Assembly: GCA_000025185.1 (NCBI GenBank)
Contig: CP001848.1
Location: 3,780,001-3,812,000, forward strand
Length of the DNA stretch: 32,000 nucleotides
From: Pirellula staleyi DSM 6068
Lineage (GTDB): Bacteria > Planctomycetota > Planctomycetia > Pirellulales > Pirellulaceae
Reading direction: 5' to 3'
In this document: positions 25,963 to 32,000 of the stretch, piece by piece
Position numbering within the stretch: position 1 is the first letter of the stretch
Layout of the letters: every line of letters starts with the position of its first letter
The notes under the pieces: generated by a model
What the model saw: only the letters and a program-made list of their open reading frames with translations
The model's database searches: none
Told to the model about the DNA's origin: nothing
Program-made: the position numbers and the translations under genes

Positions 25963-27054
25963 TTAGACCGGGACGAACGAGGAGGGGTCTTTCCATTGGC
26001 CGAGTTCTTGGTTGAAAGTTCGGCTCTTATCGACTTCAAGCTGACCGTCGTCAGCGAGACTAATGGCATAGCGTTCGAGTGGTCGCGGGGCGGGACCTTC
26101 GAAGTTCACCCCGTCTTTGTAGAAACCACTACCGTGGCATGGGCATTTGAACTTCTGTTCCCCTTCGAGCCAGTTCGGAGTGCAACCCAGGTGGGTGCAA
26201 ACGGCTTTCAGTGCATACAGCATCGGCTGGCCTTCGAATTCATAACGCACAATCCAGACACCGAATTGTGGGATGAACTTCGTTTCGACCTGGCCGGGAC
26301 CAAAGTTGCTGGGGAAGCCGACTTTGAATCGAGTTGGGGGCTCGATCAGGATGTTCGGGAACATGAAGCGGGCAAGTCCCAGCAGCCACATCACTTGCGT
26401 AGCGGCGAGCGACATAAACCCGACTGCCAGTGACGAGCCAAACATGCCACCGACAGCAGCGAGGCTGGCGGCTAGGAAGGTGCGACGCGAGGGATCGTCG
26501 CCAGCGGCAGCTTGCTTCGGCTGAGCGTAAGCCGGCTTGGCCGGCATCGGTGGAACTTCCAGCTTTTTCTTCGCGGGAGTTTCGTCTGGCTTGGCTTTCG
26601 CAGCGAGTTCCGACTTCGAAACGGGGCCGGGCTTGGCACCTTTGCGAACAGCGGCCAGGATGCTTGCGGTGTCTTTGGGGCCTGACTCTTTGGCAGGCTC
26701 TTTCGTGGCAACTTCAGCGGCTGGTTTGGCTGCTGCAGCTGGCTTGGGAGCAGCAGGTTTTTCAGCTTTAGGGGCCGGGGCAGCAGCGGCTGCGGGGGCA
26801 TCCCCCTTTTTGGCGCGGGCAGCGGCCAGAATGTCGGCCATGCTCATCCCTGCACCACCCTTGGGTGCTGCTTTCACAGGTGCTGAAGCCGCTGCCGATG
26901 CTGCAGGTTCGCTCGCAGCTGCAGTCGGTTCGCTTGGAGCAGGTGCGGCCGGAGCCTCAGGCTCGGGTGTAGAGGCAGCTGGGGCAGGGGAATCCGCTTT
27001 CTTCCCGCCACGTGCTGCTGCCAGAATTTCCTCGACCGACATTTTCTTGGCCAT
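25963..27054 (-). CDS. Rieske [2Fe-2S] protein with a 185-aa Ala/Pro/Lys-rich N-terminal extension ahead of the twin-arginine signal anchor
   Basis: Cluster-binding boxes CTHLGC and CPCHGS (nt 26128-26199). Twin-arginine motif SRRTFL (nt 26473-26490) followed by a hydrophobic anchor. Residues 1-185 are low complexity with three ILAAxR-type repeats. Confidence 0.9.
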   Translation of the reverse strand: MAKKMSVEEILAAARGGKKADSPAPAASTPEPEAPAAPAPSEPTAAASEPAASAAASAPVKAAPKGGAGMSMADILAAARAKKGDAPAAAAAPAPKAEKPAAPKPAAAAKPAAEVATKEPAKESGPKDTASILAAVRKGAKPGPVSKSELAAKAKPDETPAKKKLEVPPMPAKPAYAQPKQAAAGDDPSRRTFLAASLAAVGGMFGSSLAVGFMSLAATQVMWLLGLARFMFPNILIEPPTRFKVGFPSNFGPGQVETKFIPQFGVWIVRYEFEGQPMLYALKAVCTHLGCTPNWLEGEQKFKCPCHGSGFYKDGVNFEGPAPRPLERYAISLADDGQLEVDKSRTFNQELGQWKDPSSFVPV

Positions 27055-27250
27055 AAGCCGATCATCCGTCCCGAGAGACGCTCGCTAGTGGGTCAATCCC
27101 CAACTCGGAGACGTGCCATCACGCCACTGCTGGCGTTGGGCTCGTCGCTCAGGCGGCAACCTCCATGCGTACCTAACATCTTGTTAGGCCATGCTTTAGC
27201 TGCCGAGAGAGGGTGGCTGGGGTGATTGTGATATTTTTCACGAACCTTGA

Positions 27251-27315
27251 CTTACGTATCCTTACGCAAAGCCATACCGATGTCAACTACCCTTCCCGCA
27301 AAACCTTACGTAAAG
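27251..27315. promoter_or_regulatory. Three CTTACG(T/C)A boxes in the divergent Rieske-purD intergenic region
   Basis: CTTACGTA at 27251, CTTACGCA at 27261, CTTACGTA at 27305. The extended 12-mers CCTTACGCAAAG (27260-27271) and CCTTACGTAAAG (27304-27315) differ at one base and are 44 bp apart start to start. They lie about 200-260 bp upstream of the Rieske ATG. Confidence 0.35.
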
Positions 27316-27679
27316 GTAACCACATCCGAAATAGCCGCTCCACACCAAAAATTCGGTCAGTCAGCAGTCGCTGAAAAACGCTCGTTCAGGTGGTGTTGGT
27401 GCTGGTTATGTGCCAGCCTGCTTGTCGGTGCCGTGTGATTTCCCTGTTGTCGCATCGCAGGCCCGTCCCTGCAAGTTACTCTCCGCCGGAATGGTCGATT
27501 CCGTGGACCGTGGGGCGATGCTAGTGAAGCACCGGGCGAAACTCCGACCTGATTATCGCCGGGCAACTTCTAGAAAACGGTCCGCTGCTTTATATTCGAA
27601 CCCTTCTGAAGCGCTGATCTCCCGGCTACACGGTGTTCGTGGCCAACCACGCTAGCGAGTGAAGACTGGTAACGAAGTC

Positions 27680-28999
27680 ATGAAAATCTTGGTCGTTGGC
27701 AATGGTGGTCGCGAGCATGCTCTGGCCTGGAAGCTGAAGAAGTCCCCCCGGGTGACCCGCGTGTTCGTTGCGCCAGGGAACGCCGGAACCGCCATCGATG
27801 CCGAAAACGTCGACATCCCCTCCGAGGACATCCCGGCTCTGGTGAAGTTCGCAAAGCAAAACGCCATCGATCTCACGGTAGTCGGGCCAGAAATGCCACT
27901 GGTGGCAGGACTTGTCGATGCTTTTCAGGCATCCAAACTGCGCGTTTTTGGCCCCACACGAGCAGCAGCTCAGCTCGAGGGGAGCAAGGTCTTTTGCAAA
28001 AACTTGCTGCATAGCGCCGACGTCCCCACTGCCGATTACCACGTCTTTCGCGATCCCGAGAGTGCCACTCGATTTGTCACCGATCGTTATCCGTCGGACG
28101 ACGAAAGTGTGCCGCTAGTGATCAAAGCCGATGGTCTGGCGGCTGGCAAAGGGGTGGTTGTCTGCTCGACGCGTCGCGATGCCCTCTCTGCGATCGATCG
28201 AATTGGTCGGCAGAAAGAGTTTGGAGCTGCTGGTAAGCAAATCGTGGTTGAGGAACGACTCGATGGACAAGAAGCCAGCGTGCTAGCGTTCACCGATGGC
28301 CGCACCATCGTCACACTCCCACCGGCTCAAGATCACAAACCGGCCTACGACGGAGATGCTGGCCCCAACACTGGCGGAATGGGTGCTTACTGCCCTGCGC
28401 CACTGGTCGGCGACAAAATGCTCCGCTGGATCGAAGAGCACATTCTCGTGCCGACGGTGCATGCCATGAAGCGCTCGCGACAGCCGTTCAAGGGTGTGCT
28501 CTATGCGGGGCTGATGATCACGCATCAGGGGCCCAAGGTCCTGGAATACAACGTTCGACTCGGCGATCCCGAATGTCAGCCGCTGCTGATGCGACTCGAT
28601 AGCGATTTGGTCGATCTGCTCGAGGCGACGATCGATAGCCGCCTCGACGAAATCGCACCTCCCAAGTGGGACCCACGTCCGTCGGTCAGTGTGGTAATGG
28701 CGAGCGAAGGCTATCCCGGAAATTATGAAAAGGGACGCCCGATTCGCGGGCTCGAAGAAGCGGCTGCGATTCCCGACGTGAAGGTGTTCCATAGCGGCAC
28801 CACGATCGATGCCAATGGGAATGTCGTCACGAGTGGGGGACGTGTCCTCGCGGTCACAGCTCTGGGTACCACCATTTCGGCAGCGAAGCTGCAAGCCTAT
28901 ACCGCAGTGAAATGCATTCGCTGGCAAGGGGCCTGGTGTCGCAAAGACATCTCCGACAAGGCTCTGGCGGGACCACGCGAAGACTTCCGCAAGCGATAA
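27680..28999 (+). CDS. purD: Phosphoribosylamine--glycine ligase (GAR synthetase)
   Basis: MKILVVGNGGREHALAWKL N-terminus, ATP-grasp blocks VIKADGLAAGKGVVV and LVVEERLDGQEASVLAFTDG, and PNTGGMGAY, GVLYAGLMIT, PKVLEYNVRLGDPE. I prefer ATG 27680 over the track's GTG at 27659 because PurD proteins typically start at MKxLVxG. Confidence 0.95.
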   Translation: MKILVVGNGGREHALAWKLKKSPRVTRVFVAPGNAGTAIDAENVDIPSEDIPALVKFAKQNAIDLTVVGPEMPLVAGLVDAFQASKLRVFGPTRAAAQLEGSKVFCKNLLHSADVPTADYHVFRDPESATRFVTDRYPSDDESVPLVIKADGLAAGKGVVVCSTRRDALSAIDRIGRQKEFGAAGKQIVVEERLDGQEASVLAFTDGRTIVTLPPAQDHKPAYDGDAGPNTGGMGAYCPAPLVGDKMLRWIEEHILVPTVHAMKRSRQPFKGVLYAGLMITHQGPKVLEYNVRLGDPECQPLLMRLDSDLVDLLEATIDSRLDEIAPPKWDPRPSVSVVMASEGYPGNYEKGRPIRGLEEAAAIPDVKVFHSGTTIDANGNVVTSGGRVLAVTALGTTISAAKLQAYTAVKCIRWQGAWCRKDISDKALAGPREDFRKR

Positions 29000-29009
29000 T
29001 AGGGCTTTC

Positions 29010-29032
29010 GAGCGTCTGCATATCAGATGCTC
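29010..29032. terminator. Candidate bidirectional terminator hairpin between convergent purD and the NYN gene
   Basis: GAGCGTCTG catat CAGATGCTC: a 9-bp stem containing one position that is a G-U wobble on the plus-strand (purD) transcript but an A-C mismatch on the minus-strand transcript. It is centred in the 44-nt convergent gap. It lacks a clear U-tract on either strand, hence the low confidence. Confidence 0.3.
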
Positions 29033-29043
29033 CTGCAAGTCTA

Positions 29044-29676
29044 CTATTCAAAAAAGTCGAGCCACTTGCTCACTTCTCCAGGCGAAGCGGGTGGCGCGGG
29101 TTTCTCGCTCTCGAGTGATGATTTTTCCTTTTGGGCCTGCTGGCCAAGCCGCTTTTGCTCCACCAGCCACATATCACTATCGATGTAGTTGGCCCCGCGA
29201 CTTCGGGCACCGCGCTGCACGCGATGATCACTAGAAATCACCGTCACTTGCTTCGGGGCGGGGTGCTGCTCGAGAATCTCTTCGAGTAAGTCGTCGGCCG
29301 ACTGATTGCGAGTCGAGAACTGGACGGTTAGTCCACGGTAGTGAAACGATTTGGGAAGTCCTGGCGGCGAGTGCATCCCATCGAAGACAACGAGAGTGCG
29401 CGAGGCTTTGGTTTTGCTCAATAAGAGTGTCAGGAACGAAAGCAATAGCTCGCGCGAACGAGCCAGAACCGGTGCCTTGCCATCGGGTGGAATCAAATCC
29501 GAAGCATGCAGCAGGTTGTAGCCGTCGATAAGCCAGTGGAGTGTCACCAGTGGCGGCAAAGCCGCTTGCACAAAGCCTTCGATGCGAACATCGCGCGACT
29601 TAGCTTCGACCGAGCGCGCTAGCTGGTCGGCGAGCTGTTTCGCTTGCTCGGCTCGATTTCGCGAGTCCCTTCGCAT
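29044..29676 (-). CDS. NYN-domain (YacP/Rae1-like) predicted RNase
   Basis: WLIDGYNLLH..., TLVVFDG, VQFSTRNQSADDLLEEIL, VTVISSDHRVQRGARSRGANYIDS match the YacP-like NYN pattern. ATG at 29676, 27 nt downstream of the kinase stop. Confidence 0.7.
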   Translation of the reverse strand: MRRDSRNRAEQAKQLADQLARSVEAKSRDVRIEGFVQAALPPLVTLHWLIDGYNLLHASDLIPPDGKAPVLARSRELLLSFLTLLLSKTKASRTLVVFDGMHSPPGLPKSFHYRGLTVQFSTRNQSADDLLEEILEQHPAPKQVTVISSDHRVQRGARSRGANYIDSDMWLVEQKRLGQQAQKEKSSLESEKPAPPASPGEVSKWLDFFE

Positions 29677-29703
29677 CAACGGATTTCCAGTTCCAGTGCA
29701 AAA

Positions 29704-32000
29704 TTAACGGCCAAGGATACGACGGATTTCACTCAGTAGAGCGCGCGGGCCGGTCGCTTTTTGGACAAAGCCGACCCGATCATCCCCTGCATGCTTGAGC
29801 GCGATTTCTTCCGTCGAGTAACCACTCGTAATGATCACACGCACTTCGGGACATTGCTGACGCAAGACTCGAAACACTTGCTCCCCATCGAGGTCGGGCA
29901 TCGTCAGGTCGAGAATCACCAAATCGATATCCTTGATTTTAGAAAACAGCTCGAGTCCCTCGCGCCCATTGGCTGCCAGTTCGACACGAAAGTTCTCCGA
30001 GAGAAGTACCGCTTCGACACTCATGCGCGCCACTTCTTCGTCGTCGATCAAAAGTACCAGAGGCGAGGAGCCGATGGCTGTCGGTGCCGCAGGAAGTGGA
30101 GTCGCCACTTGCTCGGGAGCTTCAGTTTCACCAGCTTGAATCGGGAGTAGCACGCGAAACGTGGTTCCACTTCCAGGAACACTCTGCACTTGAATCGCGC
30201 CGTGGTGACCACGAACAATACCGAGCACAGCCGAAAGTCCCAGACCTCGACCGGCGAACTTGGTGGAGAAGAACGGATCGAAGATGCGCTGCAAGGTGGC
30301 GGGGACCATGCCGCAGCCGGTATCGCTTACCTCGACGCAAACATACTTGCCCGGAGGCAACAGGTCGCTGCTGTAAGGGGAAATCAGGCTCTCAGTGGTT
30401 GCTTCCACAAGATGTGTTTTCAGGGTGACGACACCGATCTCCGTCCCAATCGCTTCGCTGGCGTTGAGAATCAAGTTCATGATCACTTGTCGCAGCTGAG
30501 TAGCATCGGCGATTACAGCGGGCAAATTGCTCGTTAGCTGCAGCGAGAAGGTGATGCGTTTGGAGATCGAAGTCTGCAGCAGTTCGCGCATTTCGCTAAC
30601 AACGCTACTGACATTCAGCGGCTGAGTGACGAGCTTTCCCCGTCCCGAATAAGCGAGAAGTTGTCGTGTTAAATCGGCTGCTCGGCGAGCTGCGGTTTCA
30701 GCCTTTTCGAGGTACTCGACCGGGCTGCTTTTCGGTGCCAATTTCGACGCGGCAAGAACGGTGTAGTTGATCACCCCTGTTAGCAGATTGTTGAAGTCGT
30801 GAGCCACGCCACCCGCTAAGAGACCGAGACTTTCGAGTCGCTGTGTCTCTTGCAGTTTCCGCTCGATTTGCAGTCGTTCTTCGGCCAGTCGTTTACGATC
30901 GGTGATGTCGCGCGAGATGTTGATAAGCGCCACTGTTCGCTCGCCACTGCGAATCGGACTGACACGCACCTCGTAGTACTGCGATTCATGATTTTGCGGA
31001 GTCGCTTCAATTTCGAAGTCGACTGTTTCGCCGTAGTCCCAAGCTCGCGCGTAAGCGTCTCGAGCCCGCATCTGCGAACTGGGGCTGATGAACTGCAGCG
31101 AACTGGAGCCAATCACATCTTCGATACGAAAACCGGGGCCAGCTTTGTTGATGAAGCTGATCAGCCCCGAGCGATCGACCATCATGATGATGTCGGGAGC
31201 ATTTTCGACGAGCGATCGCCAGCGTGCTTCGGATTCGCGAAGCGCTTCTTCGGTCAACAGACGCTGGGTGACATCGCGGCCGATCACTTGAACTGCTGGT
31301 TTTCCGCCATAAACGCAGGGGCCAACACGCGTTTCAATGGTGATCACTTTGCCATCGCGACGCACCGCTCGAATTTGTCGCAGCGGAACAGCCTGCTGTG
31401 TAGCCACGACATGTTGCACCCGCTCGTAGGTCGACGTGAGGTCGTCGGGGTGGATGACATCTTCCATCTTCACCCCGAGAAAATCGTCGATATCGCGCGC
31501 GGCCAGAAGTTCGACCGCTGCTGGATTGCCGTAGACGAACGCGCCGTCCTGTACGATCCCAATCGCCTCGGGGGATAGTTCGACAAGTTCACGATAACGG
31601 GCTTCGCTTTGCAGCGCTGAGAGTTCGGCCAGTTTGCGATCGGTGATATCGCGTGCACAGCAAACAATCCGGTCGACCTTGCCATCTCCCAAGCCCACAG
31701 GAGTAGCTTTGAGGTCGAGCCAAATGAAGTTTCCATTCTTGCAGCGAAAGCGATATTCGATGCGTGTGCTAAGTCCGCGCAAATTGTCGAGCCGCGCTTG
31801 CTCCACAGCGGGGACATCGTCCGGGTGAATGCGCGTGCTAAAGTCACTCTGGTCGATCTCTTCTGGTGAATAGCCGGTGATGCGATAGAACGACGGGCTG
31901 ACATAGTGCGGCCGACGATTGAGATCCGAGAGGCTGACAAAATCCTCCATCGAATCGGCCAGCAAGCGATACTGTTCCTCTTGCTCGCGATGGCGGCGCT
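29704..32000 (-). CDS. Hybrid sensor histidine kinase / response regulator with at least three PAS domains; the 5' end lies beyond the right edge of the window
   Basis: The frame stays open upstream of the track's TTG at 31965 (..RRHREQEEQYRLLADSMEDF), so the gene is truncated by the window. Three PAS-like repeats each end in DIT(D/Q)RK. H-box GGVAHDFNNLLTGV. HATPase blocks EVSDTGCGM, FDPFFSTK, GRGLGLS, GSGTTFRVLLP. C-terminal receiver LVLLIDDEE...LVILDLTMPDLDG...IITSGY. Confidence 0.9.
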   Translation of the reverse strand, partial: RRHREQEEQYRLLADSMEDFVSLSDLNRRPHYVSPSFYRITGYSPEEIDQSDFSTRIHPDDVPAVEQARLDNLRGLSTRIEYRFRCKNGNFIWLDLKATPVGLGDGKVDRIVCCARDITDRKLAELSALQSEARYRELVELSPEAIGIVQDGAFVYGNPAAVELLAARDIDDFLGVKMEDVIHPDDLTSTYERVQHVVATQQAVPLRQIRAVRRDGKVITIETRVGPCVYGGKPAVQVIGRDVTQRLLTEEALRESEARWRSLVENAPDIIMMVDRSGLISFINKAGPGFRIEDVIGSSSLQFISPSSQMRARDAYARAWDYGETVDFEIEATPQNHESQYYEVRVSPIRSGERTVALINISRDITDRKRLAEERLQIERKLQETQRLESLGLLAGGVAHDFNNLLTGVINYTVLAASKLAPKSSPVEYLEKAETAARRAADLTRQLLAYSGRGKLVTQPLNVSSVVSEMRELLQTSISKRITFSLQLTSNLPAVIADATQLRQVIMNLILNASEAIGTEIGVVTLKTHLVEATTESLISPYSSDLLPPGKYVCVEVSDTGCGMVPATLQRIFDPFFSTKFAGRGLGLSAVLGIVRGHHGAIQVQSVPGSGTTFRVLLPIQAGETEAPEQVATPLPAAPTAIGSSPLVLLIDDEEVARMSVEAVLLSENFRVELAANGREGLELFSKIKDIDLVILDLTMPDLDGEQVFRVLRQQCPEVRVIITSGYSTEEIALKHAGDDRVGFVQKATGPRALLSEIRRILGR

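Noticed and set aside
26500-27054. Repetitive GC-rich GCAGC/GCTGC-type DNA that might be taken for a tandem repeat or array
   Set aside because: It is the coding sequence of the Ala/Pro-rich Rieske N-terminal extension. The periodicity is codon-level low complexity, with no repeat-spacer structure.
27531-27560. Resemblance of ACCGGGC...CCGAC to the J2/3-P3-J3/1 region of the purine (guanine/adenine) riboswitch
   Set aside because: The P2 and P3 hairpins with the conserved loop-loop nucleotides are missing, as is the P1 UAUA/UAUG context. The putative P3 here is only 4 bp with a 6-nt loop, so it cannot form the purine aptamer.
27590-27610. GGGTTCGAA on the minus strand, resembling a tRNA T-loop
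   Set aside because: The flanking bases cannot form a T-stem, and no acceptor or anticodon arms can be drawn. It is not a tRNA.
1-32000. Search for mobile elements, defence systems, CRISPR arrays, toxin-antitoxin pairs and prophage genes
   Set aside because: No transposase, integrase or recombinase-like ORF, no terminal inverted repeats, no repeat-spacer arrays and no nuclease/helicase/methylase gene sets were found. The NYN protein is the only nuclease-like gene, and it has a YacP-like housekeeping pattern.

Overview
The window looks like planctomycete-type chromosomal DNA. This is an inference from gene content and protein architecture; no rRNA is present to confirm it. One co-directional minus-strand respiratory supercluster of about 23 kb (4156-27054) dominates. 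In transcription order it encodes: a Rieske protein; a split cytochrome b (b6-like plus an extended subunit-IV-like protein); a 1656-aa membrane-anchored octahaem cytochrome c; two tandem amicyanin-like cupredoxin paralogues; a dihaem lipoprotein cytochrome c; aa3-type oxidase subunits II and I; haem A and haem O synthases (ctaA, ctaB); oxidase subunits III and IV; a tightly coupled ABC-2 exporter; an SCO copper chaperone; a DUF420 (CtaM-like) protein; and a small CPTC-motif membrane protein. The left flank holds a truncated MoxR ATPase, a PQQ-like beta-propeller protein, a small membrane ORF and a DUF983 protein. The right flank holds purD, a NYN/YacP-like protein and a truncated PAS-rich hybrid histidine kinase. 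I saw no rRNA, tRNA, CRISPR array, transposase, integrase or recognisable defence gene. I cannot point to a self-evidently new system; this is core energy metabolism. The unusual content lies in protein architecture and in non-coding structure. Architectural oddities are long coiled-coil insertions in oxidase subunit III and in the octahaem cytochrome, a 185-aa repeat-bearing extension ahead of the Rieske Tat motif, an APWY Qo motif, cupredoxins between the bc and oxidase genes, and an ABC-2 exporter coupled inside the oxidase operon. Non-coding oddities are several perfect intercistronic hairpins or palindromes, repeated CTTACGYA boxes, and a structured purD leader that loosely resembles a ZTP riboswitch. 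Several long antisense ORFs in the track are judged spurious.
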